A stretch of 64,000 nt of DNA from NCBI GenBank assembly GCA_965203315.1, contig OZ241857.1:832001-896000 (forward strand), read 5' to 3'. The DNA is from Nitrosopumilus sp. GTDB taxonomy: Archaea > Thermoproteota > Nitrososphaeria > Nitrososphaerales > Nitrosopumilaceae. Positions within the stretch are counted from its first letter, which is position 1; the number at the start of each line of letters is the position of its first letter. A model generated the notes under the pieces. The model was not told where the DNA came from, made no database searches, and worked only from the letters and a program-made list of their open reading frames with translations. The position numbers were made by a program, and so were the translations under genes. Below are positions 10,760 to 19,746 of this stretch, in pieces.

Positions 10760-10876
10760 GGATCTCTTCGATTTACATTGGATGATATTTCGTAGGACTT
10801 TTCTGTAATTTTTCCCCATAGAATCTTGCAGTGCTTTTTCTGTAACCGTTCTATCCTATGTGAACCGAAAAGATCC
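10760..10876. mobile_element. MITE family A copy
   Basis: GGATCTCTTCGATTTACAT ... ATGTGAACCGAAAAGATCC; 117 bp; TTC/TTC flanks. Confidence 0.85.
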
Positions 10877-10963
10877 TTCAAAGTGCCTAATCTGAATAGT
10901 AACTTGACACCATGCAAGATATCTGTCTGTGGATTTTTATATTGATTAATGCGTGAACAACAT

Positions 10964-11125
10964 ATGGCAAAGCTGAGATGTAATGACTATGGTTTTGAGT
11001 GTGAGTTTGTTGCAGAAGGTGAGATAGAACAGGTCATAGAAGAGTTTAGGACTCATACTGATGACGAACATGGAATAGATTATTCAAAAGAAGCCGTTAT
11101 GCAGTTTATACTACGAAAACAATAA
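10964..11125 (+). CDS. Small metal-binding protein (DUF1059-like), 53 aa, absent from the ORF track
   Basis: MAKLRCNDYGFECEFVAEGEIEQVIEEFRTHTDDEHGIDYSKEAVMQFILRKQ; C-x6-C ... H-x4-HG pattern. Confidence 0.85.
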   Translation: MAKLRCNDYGFECEFVAEGEIEQVIEEFRTHTDDEHGIDYSKEAVMQFILRKQ

Positions 11126-12214
11126 TCATGCATCTAGATGTCTCATTCTAGCAGACAAGACAGGTAGTTCTTTTGCAATCAACTTTTCAATAGCTGGTAC
11201 AATACCTGATCGTGCACTGGCATTCTCTTCATATATCTCTGATATCTGATCTCGAAATAATAGTTTGATTCCAGGCAAAGTCGTAATATCTTCAGCGACG
11301 GTTCGCGGATCAGATATATCTAGAATCAGAGTTCCTTTCTTCTTATCTTCCATGACAAGATGTATTCTCTCATAATTGATCAGAAAATAGTCAGATGTTG
11401 TAGCAACAAATACAATATCATATTTAGCAAATCCTGTCAGTACATCAGCAAACTCGACAGGAGTTCCGCCAACCATACTAGTGAATCCGGTAGCACGATC
11501 TATAGTTCTACTAACTACATCATATTTGAGTTGGAGTGAGTTGAGTGTCTTTGCAATCATTGCAGCAGGTGTACCTGTACCCATCAACAGAATATTCTTC
11601 TTTGCGTCAAGACCTGTCTTGTCCTTTACTAGATTGACCGCGACATCGCCAAGAGATAGTACATCTTTGGCGATCCCAGTTGTATCTCGCATTCTCGTTG
11701 CAAGTCGAAAGACGCTATCAAATAGCTTGGTCAGAATATTACCACAAGTTCCAGCACTCTTTGCTATAGAATGAGACTCGACAAGCTCGTTGTATATCTC
11801 TTGTTTACCGATTACAGTGGAGTCGAGACCAGTTGCTAGACGAAGTAGGTTTCGGTACACATCATCACCTTTGTAAACCTCTATAGTTTGATCAAAGTGA
11901 TCGATATCTATCTGCTCAAGCGAGGACAGAGATACCCATGTATCCTTTATCTGGTTTAGAACCAAGCCCTTTCCTTCAGCACGTCTGGCATCAGGCGAGT
12001 CAGTCGTCTCTACATTACTGACAGTAAATATCTCGACTCTGCTGGCAGTTTGAACTACGATGCACTCTTCTACATCTTTGATCTTTTTAAATTCCTCACA
12101 AGCTGCTTTGACGTCTTTGAACGCAAACTTTGATAATGTATGTAGCGGAACGTTCTTGAATGTAACTCTAGTATTCATAACATCAAATCTTACATGTGCC
12201 ACAAGTATCACCAT
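11126..12214 (-). CDS. Glutamyl-tRNA reductase-like protein (divergent HemA paralog lacking the catalytic Cys)
   Basis: LATGLDSTVIG, DIVFVAT and ILDISDPRTV are HemA-like; QTASRVE replaces TCNR(T/V)E. Confidence 0.85.
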   Translation of the reverse strand: MVILVAHVRFDVMNTRVTFKNVPLHTLSKFAFKDVKAACEEFKKIKDVEECIVVQTASRVEIFTVSNVETTDSPDARRAEGKGLVLNQIKDTWVSLSSLEQIDIDHFDQTIEVYKGDDVYRNLLRLATGLDSTVIGKQEIYNELVESHSIAKSAGTCGNILTKLFDSVFRLATRMRDTTGIAKDVLSLGDVAVNLVKDKTGLDAKKNILLMGTGTPAAMIAKTLNSLQLKYDVVSRTIDRATGFTSMVGGTPVEFADVLTGFAKYDIVFVATTSDYFLINYERIHLVMEDKKKGTLILDISDPRTVAEDITTLPGIKLLFRDQISEIYEENASARSGIVPAIEKLIAKELPVLSARMRHLDA

Positions 12215-12889
12215 TCAAGCATGTAACTTGGCGCGTCCACCCTTTGCAGTTCGAAATACATTCATTCCAATAAAATAGTTCTCGTGTAGTGACTCTAGAT
12301 ACGTAATCTTTTCTTGAGCAGCATCAATCTGACGTTGAGTAGCTTCTGGATCTCTCTTCAATTGTTCAAGATTTTGTTGTGCTTCTTCAAGGAATGTGTC
12401 TATACCACGTTCATAGTTTGACATGCCACCAAACTCTGGGCTCAGGACACGTTCTGGATTATATGTAGGTGTTTGGTCTTGTGGAATCTCGACCTTGCGT
12501 GTAAGAGACTCTTGCTCGTCTTGAGATAGGATTGGTCTCGGAAATCTGTCTTTCTTGTCAAGAAAGAACTCTGGCTCGTCCATCTCACGTCTAAATATCT
12601 CCTCACTTTGTCTCTTAAAGGTGTAATCAAGCGCCTTTTTTGTCTCTGCGTTTACCTCAGCCGCAATCGCTTTGTACTCTTCCTCTGCGGCCACTTCTGC
12701 GGCAGCTTTGGCCGTAGCCACTTTTTCCATTGCTGCCTCGAGTGCAAGTTCTGCTTCTACTGCAGCTTTGGCCGTAGCTTCGGCTTTTGCTATAGCAGCG
12801 TCAGTAGTACTATGTTCTTTGGATTCGTCGGCCTTGGGTGCAGTCTCTACATCACCGGATGCCTCGTTAGTAGTCTCTTTTACTGACAT
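12215..12889 (-). CDS. Hypothetical acidic protein with Ala/Glu-rich helical N-terminus
   Basis: Abuts the hemA-like gene; TATA-like TTAAAATC 23 nt before ATG 12889; internal ATAKAA repeat. Confidence 0.8.
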   Translation of the reverse strand: MSVKETTNEASGDVETAPKADESKEHSTTDAAIAKAEATAKAAVEAELALEAAMEKVATAKAAAEVAAEEEYKAIAAEVNAETKKALDYTFKRQSEEIFRREMDEPEFFLDKKDRFPRPILSQDEQESLTRKVEIPQDQTPTYNPERVLSPEFGGMSNYERGIDTFLEEAQQNLEQLKRDPEATQRQIDAAQEKITYLESLHENYFIGMNVFRTAKGGRAKLHA

Positions 12890-13001
12890 TAGTAATTTAT
12901 TCAAGTTGCTTAGATTTTAATATTCTTTTAGTCTTGCTCGATAAATATTGCGGCAGATCGATGACATAGTGACTAGATCGATGCGTTTTGGATTCCTCTC
13001 A

Positions 13002-13118
13002 TGATCTCTTCGATTTACATGAGATATAATTTTCACAGAAAATACTACAAAATTCCATATGGAAGATTTAGGGGAAAAGTTTTGCAAAATAACATACCAC
13101 GTAGATCGAAGAGACTCC
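13002..13118. mobile_element. MITE family A copy (opposite orientation)
   Basis: GATCTCTTCGATTTACAT ... ACGTAGATCGAAGAGACTCC; next to the tRNA-Asp 3' end. Confidence 0.75.
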
Positions 13119-13134
13119 GCTAGTATCAAGAGTA

Positions 13135-13212
13135 TGGCGCCCTCGGCGGGATTTGAACACGCGTCTCAGCCGTGACAGGGCCGAATTCTAGACCTGGCTA
13201 TACTACAAGGGC
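13135..13212 (-). tRNA. tRNA-Asp (GTC), CCA encoded
   Basis: GCCCTTG acceptor stem, anticodon loop CTGTCAC, TTCAAAT T-loop, ends GCCA. Confidence 0.93.
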
Positions 13213-13311
13213 ACTAGTTTTTGATGACAACATGTTAGATTAAAAGTTTTTGAAAGCGTAAAAAGATCCGTCATGTTACCTTTATATAGTGCATTACTGT
13301 GTATTACGGTA

Positions 13312-13743
13312 ATGCCTAGAAACTATGTTGACTTTGAAATAATAAAAGAGCCATGGAATAAATACAGCATAAGTGACGGAAGTGAGATAAAAACACGATT
13401 TGTGTTGAAATCTGTGTGGCACACTTTAGATAATGGTAAGATAAAAAAATTTATCGAACCAGAACGTTTCATAGTAATAATGTGTGATCCGTCACTTCAA
13501 GGAATGCCTAGTTCAGAGATGCCCAATAAGAGCGAACTTTTGAAAAATATCGAAGTTAACAATTCCAGATACACTACAACCTCATATGACGCAAATGAAT
13601 ATCTTTTGGACGAGGGTACACGAATACTAGTACATAACAACATAACAAAGATATCTCGAACTACACTTTACGATATACGCGGTAATCGAATGTATGATGT
13701 CGATCTTACTGAAAATATAATCATTACTCCACAATCACCCTAA
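13312..13743 (+). CDS. Hypothetical protein with internal duplication
   Basis: TTTATATA box 23 nt before ATG 13312; two similar halves (WNKYSISDGSEIK / ANEYLLDEGTRIL). Confidence 0.75.
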   Translation: MPRNYVDFEIIKEPWNKYSISDGSEIKTRFVLKSVWHTLDNGKIKKFIEPERFIVIMCDPSLQGMPSSEMPNKSELLKNIEVNNSRYTTTSYDANEYLLDEGTRILVHNNITKISRTTLYDIRGNRMYDVDLTENIIITPQSP

Positions 13744-13926
13744 TCAAACGCGATTATTTCATTAGTCTTTTCTGGCTTGTGTGTAATTATTTGAATTATT
13801 TGTCTAGTTGTAGAAGCGGTTGACATCGATAAATTCCTAGTCTCACCATCTCTTAGAAGTATACTATCATCCATGTATGTTATTATGTAGTAGTAATATA
13901 AAATGGTTTGGAGTAGTACGAAAAAT

Positions 13927-13990
13927 TGTGGGATCCGGAAAGTAGTTCGCCCCTCGTTTGATGTGGTATTCTTTAGGCGATTGCTCATTT
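13927..13990 (-). mobile_element. IS481-family right-end remnant
   Basis: TGTGGGATCCGGAAAGTAGTTCGCCCCTC is identical to 49958-49986; the tail encodes EQSPKEYHIK, similar to DESSRDEYRVN. Confidence 0.75.
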
Positions 13991-14137
13991 CGAGTCCCTA
14001 AGCATGTATTGCACCAATAAATCAAACAGATCGCAATCTCGGTTAACCATATGTGAAGCCGAAAAGAAATCGATCAGATGATACCAAGCATGCCAGATCC
14101 AAACGATCGTCTGTAAAACTAGCCAAGATGGCAAAAA

Positions 14138-14486
14138 ATGCAAACAAACACATTACCCACCAAAAAAGTAAAAACAAGAACGATCTATGTTGGAATAGAT
14201 GTTCACAAGAACTCTCTGTATGTGACAGCAATTGATGAAGATGACAACATCTTACTAGACAAACGCATAATGACAAATCACTATAGTGTTGCAGAGACAT
14301 TCAAGCAATTCCCTGTAGACAAGACCCACTATGTAATGGAGTCATCGTCAGTCTGGTATGGATTGTATCGATATATGACAGACGAGTTGGGATTTGATCT
14401 AGTACTATCGAATCCGTACCAAACAAAAGCGATAGCAGCATCAAAGAAAAAGACAGACAAGGTAGATTCAAAGATACTAGCAGAAC
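14138..14486 (+). pseudogene. IS110-family transposase, N-terminal DEDD (RuvC-like) domain only, cut off at a MITE
   Basis: YVGIDVHK, VMESSSVW and KKKTDKVDSKILA motifs; homology stops at 14487. Confidence 0.9.
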
Positions 14487-14605
14487 GGATCTTTTCGGTT
14501 TACGTGGGATGGTATTTTGCAAGACTGTTCTTGCTAAATTTTCCCCATAGAATCTCATAGTGCTGTCTCCATAACCATTCTATCCCACGTAAATCGAAAA
14601 GATCC
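14487..14605. mobile_element. MITE family A copy (best-preserved TIRs)
   Basis: GGATCTTTTCGGTTTACGTGGGAT ... ATCCCACGTAAATCGAAAAGATCC, 23 of 24 positions match. Confidence 0.9.
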
Positions 14606-14735
14606 ACAACTTGTACATGCAAACCAACTCGATGACAGTAGAGGGCGATCATTTATCGAGACAATGTATTGGATTTGTGAGCAGATATGGTGTTTTTGAA
14701 CACAGAGTTCTGAACACATTGATAAAAGAACCAAG

Positions 14736-14809
14736 CGGGTCTAAAGGGATTCGGACCCTTGACAACCGGATTAAAAGTCCGGTGCGCTACCTGGCTGCGC
14801 CATAGACCC
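14736..14809 (-). tRNA. tRNA-Lys (TTT)
   Basis: GGGTCTA acceptor stem; CCGGA-CTTTTAA-TCCGG anticodon arm; T-loop reads TCCGAAT. Confidence 0.92.
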
Positions 14810-15129
14810 ACCAACATAGACTATTGCATGCGTTAATTTAGTCCTTTACTCAGTTAACGCGAATATGTCTTTTTGAACAAGGCGATACAATATTTTACTT
14901 GGATCATTACTTCGAATATATTATGCATACTGTTACATAATTATTTCTAGGCGATTAGAGATATCGAGCCACCAAATTTCTAAAGATAAAAATCGACAAA
15001 ACATACATACTGATAGTCATTTACGTGATATGTGAATCCATTATTTTGTATGTCTGTGCAGTAGCCTTGACTTGAAAAATTCCCAACGATTCATCTTTAA
15101 TGCTCAGTTCGCGTTTACTACATGTAAAG

Positions 15130-15430
15130 GTAAACAGCAGACCATCCTTGAATGCATCCGCTATTGGTTTCTCACAGTCTCTTTGATTCTCTTCCTCATC
15201 CATTCGATTGTATGCGTATAACCGCACAGTCTCTGATCAATCTAGAACTAACGATATGAGATGTGTTTACTATTGTATCATCTATGATGATCTTGAATCC
15301 ATCCCATTTTGTATATTTGACATTACGATAATCAGATACCTTGTGAGTATCGGAGATATGGATCCTTATCGGCTTCATTTGGCCGACATGTTTGATCTTT
15401 TGGTTAAATGAGTTACATTTACGATGCTTG
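15130..15430 (-). pseudogene. Degenerate 5' fragment of the ISH3-type element at 47680-48924
   Basis: KVSDYRNVKYTKWDGFKIIID and CEKPIADAFK match the transposase N-terminus across frameshifts; eroded left end CAAGCATCGTAAATGTAACT. Confidence 0.85.
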
Positions 15431-15537
15431 AGTTGGAAAGATTCAGTTAGAACTATTAGAGCCGATCTCGCTGAATGAAGAACTTGTTCTTTTTTCTATG
15501 AACATTTGTGACGTCTGTATAATCCTAGTGCATAAAC

Positions 15538-18500
15538 TTACTCGGTTAGCCAGCCCAGATTGATCAGTGTTCTAGTGCGAGAGTCCATATCGCCAAACTC
15601 GTAGGTAAAGATATTGTCAATCTCGGCGTATGCTTTTGTCTTGTATGCATCGTATAGCGAGTCACGTAACTCGATCATCTTTTGGGTGTGCCAGTCGAGC
15701 TTGATCTTGAATGGTGTACATATTCTGTCGTTGATATCTGTACATACTGGGAATGTACCAGCGTATGGTGCATATTGTACTATGACAAAGTTGCCAAACG
15801 AGTTGCGACTCCACGTGTTTCCAAATGCGTCTGCCCATAGATCAGAGACCTTGTCTGTTCGTACTAGGACTAGATTGGTTGGACGTATATCTCCTGTATC
15901 TAGTGTGATTCCTGTATGTACTGTTGGTGGTGCATTTAGTGATGTACCGGTGACAAAGACACCTTCGTTCATGTAGTTTATTGCGTTTAATCCCAGTGTG
16001 TCTGTTACTTGTATTGCAAATGGTTCATGGTTCATCACCTCACGGAACAGTACATCCGGAATGGTTACTTGGGTACATTGCAACTCACCACCTGAACAAG
16101 ATGCAGTAGATACGATCGTACCAGTGATGTCATAATCTAGTATGTTGTTTGGGTCATGTACTGTTACGCCTTCGATATAATGGTATGACGGTTCGCTATA
16201 GTTTATACCAAGATTTACAGAAATGTATGCTTCAGCTGTACTCAGTGGAGCGCCCACATTTGGTACACTAAACGCCAGTACGACATTTCTCAACAAGGTT
16301 GGTGCATATGCCTTGAGAGCAAATGTGTGTGTTGTGTTTGTCTGGATTGTATCGCGTTCGTACTGGACATGATATGCGGTAACATCACGACAAGTGTCGT
16401 CCATTTTATAGCCACATGTTACGACTTGTTCACCGGTGAATTGTGATCTACCAAACGTTGGTACAAGTGCAAAATAGTCATCGTCTGAGGGTGGAGGTGG
16501 AGGCTCATCACCTTTATTGAAGTCGATAATATGCGTAGGTACAATTATTGTACCAGCAGTACCATAAAAGCCAGTCAACCGTTTTGTTATAATGACGATA
16601 TCATCACCGTTCTTGCCATAGCACATGATATTATTGCCTTTGAGAGTATTGGTGGTCGTATCGATCATATCAGTTGTACATGCTGGTATCGGTTGGGCCT
16701 TTGTTATGTTTTCACGAGGTGAGAAATAGTATGGATGTTCATCTGTTTTATCATATATGGTAAATCGCATCTCTTTGTCGGTTATGAGAGGTTTGGTAGA
16801 GTTTTTTGTGAGGTCTATGTTACATCCATCTCTTTTGATAAAGTTTGGTCCAAATGAACCCGAGTCAGCGATTAGATTGTCAGGTACTTTAAGAGTGAGA
16901 TTTCCATAATTGTTGTCTGCAATCAAAAGATTGACAATTCTGAATTGAGCTACACACGTACTCTCTTCCGGAAACTCGTTGGGGAGTATCTTTGTATCGT
17001 TTTGTATATGCAGGTCGCCTATTCTAGTGTTTTGGTGACCAGTATATCGTTCACGATCATTACCTGCCAAGTATGCACCAGGAGTAGTAGTTGGGTCAGA
17101 TGTAACAGCTAAAGTTCGACCATCTGCATTCAGTGCAGGAAAGTCCGATGGTGGTGCCAGTGTCAGAATATTGGTATCACGTGGAACGGTAGGTGCGTTG
17201 AGGTCCACGGGACTTTTAGGCAAGTTGACGGTATCGGCTGCACCATAAAATCCAGTCAGTCGCTTTGTGATAATTACCATATCATCACCATGTATGCCAT
17301 AACATATCGTGTTGTTGCCTTTGAGAACATTGTTGTTGCTCGTATCGATCATATCAGTTGTACACACAGGAATTGGTTGAGCTTGAGGTATTCTGTCACG
17401 TGGGGAAAAATAGTAAGGAGTTTTCTCTGCCTTGCCATATATGGTGATTCGCATCTCTTTGGTGGTTATTAGTGGTAGACTAGAGACAGCCTCTGGATCT
17501 GGTGTGCAGCTGTGAAAGTCTAATCCATATGCGTGTACACTACGCAGGGGCGTTTTAGGAACTATATTATTGGGTATGGCAAAGCTTGGAACCTTGTCTA
17601 TGTTTAGAGTTGCAACATGCTCGAAATTTGTAAAACAGTTGTAAGTACTAGTGCCATTAAACAGAGGGTGTACTAGTGTTATGGTATCTTGTGTCAAAGC
17701 GATATCAGCTGTGGGCTTGGTACTATGATCGGAGTATCTATAATCGACACCACCATAGTATATCTTGCCATTGTTAAATTCGTCTGTTTGGAAAGACGCT
17801 TGAGCGTAAGCGTCATCTTCCGCCTCGGTTAATGGCAGTATGGTTAATGCCATCGCATAGGTACTAGCAGGTTCGGTACTTGGAGGTGCTGCATTGAGAT
17901 CCACTGGATTTGTAGGTGTGGTGATGGTATCTGCCACACCGTAAAATCCAACTAGTCGTTTTGTTATAATGACGATATCGTCACCATGTACGCCATAACA
18001 TATAGTATTGTGATCTTTGAGTGTATTGTTGTTGCTTGTGTCGATCATATCAGTTGTACATACTGGGATGGGTTGTGCAGTAGATATGCTGTCAGGTGGA
18101 GAAAAGTAGAAAGGCTTTTTGTACACCTTGTCATATATGGTGACTCGCATCTCTGTGTCGGTGATCAGTGTTTGGTTAGAGACTTTACCAGGATTTGGTT
18201 TGCATTTCTTGTCAAAGCCTAGACCGTATGCAAAGAGTTCATTCTTTTGTGTAGGAGTGATATTATCTGGTACGGTAAACTTGGGACGCATGTTTTTGGC
18301 GAAATCTTTAACACGCTCAAAGTCCATATCACAGCTATACTCACCAGTGCCAGCAAACAGAGTGAGTGGTAGTGTTGTAGTATCACGTTCCAGATAGAGA
18401 TCAGCAGTAGCATCTGTATCCTCGTCGGTGAAATCGGTCATTCTAATAGTGTCTCCTTCATAGAATAATGTGCCGTCATATTCTGTCGTTGATTTAACGC

Positions 18501-19323
18501 TCAGTCCAGTATAATCTTTTTCATCGAATATTGGAGGTATTGATAATGTACCTGGCGGTGTACTAGCTGATCCATACTCTCCTATTTGTGTTGTTATTAT
18601 GACTAGATCATTCTTATACGTACCAGAACACATGCGGGTTTGTCCTTTGAGTTGCTTGGTACTGTTGTCAAAGTTTGCACTAGTACACTCTGGGATCAGT
18701 TGAGCCTTGGTGATATTTTCAAAGTGTGAAGAAAAGAATGCCTTTTTGCCAGCCTGACCATAAATGGTAACTCTCATAGATTTGTCTGTGAGTAGTGGTT
18801 CATTGTTAGAGTTTGCAGTGGTAAGAGCAGAGACGTCGCAGCCATGGGAATAGTCTTTAAAGTCTACACCTATTACTTTAACATCGCTTTCAGGTAAATT
18901 GGTATAGATGCTACCATTGACATTAGTAGGTAGTTTAGCATACTCGTGAATTGCATTAGATGGATTGGCACCAACGTTGTTTACTCCAAACTGGACTGTA
19001 CAGCCAATTGATGTCAATTTAGGGTTTGATAGTATCATTGTGCCCTTGTCTATGGTAATATCTCCTTCAGGTTGATAAACAGGGTCAATTCTATAGTGAT
19101 CATAACTAGTGACAGGAGTAATAGTTGCGCTATTGTTGCTATGTTTGACAAGTGGGATTCCGTTAGAATGAATATCAGTACGTAAACCTGTTGAGGGACT
19201 TAAACCAGGATTCGAATAGCTGTACGGAGGTATAACCGCACCAAACGCATCGTCTAGATCAACTAGTAAAAGTGGTACAACAGTTAACAAGACTAGAACA
19301 GGGATCAGACGATGCTTACTCAA
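15538..19323 (-). CDS. Large secreted/surface protein with four copies of a Cys-containing module plus a distinct C-terminal domain
   Basis: Signal peptide near-identical to 6351-8114; four MR(V/I/F)TIY...QPIPxCT...CYG..GDDxVIITKRLxGFYG-type modules; Pro-rich linker. Confidence 0.9.
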   Translation of the reverse strand: MSKHRLIPVLVLLTVVPLLLVDLDDAFGAVIPPYSYSNPGLSPSTGLRTDIHSNGIPLVKHSNNSATITPVTSYDHYRIDPVYQPEGDITIDKGTMILSNPKLTSIGCTVQFGVNNVGANPSNAIHEYAKLPTNVNGSIYTNLPESDVKVIGVDFKDYSHGCDVSALTTANSNNEPLLTDKSMRVTIYGQAGKKAFFSSHFENITKAQLIPECTSANFDNSTKQLKGQTRMCSGTYKNDLVIITTQIGEYGSASTPPGTLSIPPIFDEKDYTGLSVKSTTEYDGTLFYEGDTIRMTDFTDEDTDATADLYLERDTTTLPLTLFAGTGEYSCDMDFERVKDFAKNMRPKFTVPDNITPTQKNELFAYGLGFDKKCKPNPGKVSNQTLITDTEMRVTIYDKVYKKPFYFSPPDSISTAQPIPVCTTDMIDTSNNNTLKDHNTICYGVHGDDIVIITKRLVGFYGVADTITTPTNPVDLNAAPPSTEPASTYAMALTILPLTEAEDDAYAQASFQTDEFNNGKIYYGGVDYRYSDHSTKPTADIALTQDTITLVHPLFNGTSTYNCFTNFEHVATLNIDKVPSFAIPNNIVPKTPLRSVHAYGLDFHSCTPDPEAVSSLPLITTKEMRITIYGKAEKTPYYFSPRDRIPQAQPIPVCTTDMIDTSNNNVLKGNNTICYGIHGDDMVIITKRLTGFYGAADTVNLPKSPVDLNAPTVPRDTNILTLAPPSDFPALNADGRTLAVTSDPTTTPGAYLAGNDRERYTGHQNTRIGDLHIQNDTKILPNEFPEESTCVAQFRIVNLLIADNNYGNLTLKVPDNLIADSGSFGPNFIKRDGCNIDLTKNSTKPLITDKEMRFTIYDKTDEHPYYFSPRENITKAQPIPACTTDMIDTTTNTLKGNNIMCYGKNGDDIVIITKRLTGFYGTAGTIIVPTHIIDFNKGDEPPPPPSDDDYFALVPTFGRSQFTGEQVVTCGYKMDDTCRDVTAYHVQYERDTIQTNTTHTFALKAYAPTLLRNVVLAFSVPNVGAPLSTAEAYISVNLGINYSEPSYHYIEGVTVHDPNNILDYDITGTIVSTASCSGGELQCTQVTIPDVLFREVMNHEPFAIQVTDTLGLNAINYMNEGVFVTGTSLNAPPTVHTGITLDTGDIRPTNLVLVRTDKVSDLWADAFGNTWSRNSFGNFVIVQYAPYAGTFPVCTDINDRICTPFKIKLDWHTQKMIELRDSLYDAYKTKAYAEIDNIFTYEFGDMDSRTRTLINLGWLTE

Positions 19324-19414
19324 TAATTATCCCCCCCCCCCCCGTGATTTATAAAAGTATAGATTAATGGTTCGTAAGCGGTTAGCCCGACAACAGTTCT
19401 TACTGCGTTTTGAG
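19324..19414 (-). promoter_or_regulatory. Promoter cassette: TATA box TTTATAAA (19348-19355) and G13 tract before the TTG start
   Basis: C13 run at 19331-19343; upstream ~60 bp homologous to 8140-8198. Confidence 0.7.
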
Positions 19415-19433
19415 CACACAAGATATTGAGGAG

Positions 19434-19595
19434 GGTTCTGTTCGATTGACAGAGCGTCAGTTTTGTACAAAATTTTCATTTTGTAAAGTATGGAAATGGG
19501 CCTGTATCGTCTAATGTAAATCCCAATGTTGAGTTGCACAACATGTTTTCCGTGAGATAGTATCATTTTGATCGCAATCTACCATCAACAGAGTC
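19434..19595. mobile_element. MITE family B copy (eroded, reverse orientation)
   Basis: GGTTCTGTTCGATTGA ... TCAACAGAGTC; interior aligns with the reverse complement of 62613-62789. Confidence 0.7.
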
Positions 19596-19746
19596 GAGAT
19601 TATCGAGATCAAATTGCTCAAAAGATCTAAATTTAGAACTCGAGACTTTTTATCATACTCGTGTCTCATCGTGAACTTGTTTCATAGCCATTCTACATCA
19701 AAATTTGAATGCTTTTTGTACTATTCATACTGTTAAAACTACAGAA

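Noticed and set aside
10717-10917. Short ORFs overlapping MITEs (also 12917-13129, 19327-19566, 37796-37996, 61014-61445) as a small protein family
   Set aside because: Shared peptide motifs are explained by translation of the non-coding repeat; frames and starts are not conserved
6351-19323. Diversity-generating retroelement (template/variable repeats)
   Set aside because: No reverse transcriptase in the window; all repeat copies are coding, and differences are not restricted to adenines
13135-19746. Integrated virus or plasmid at the tRNA genes
   Set aside because: No integrase, no duplicated tRNA 3' end (att site), and no replication or virion genes
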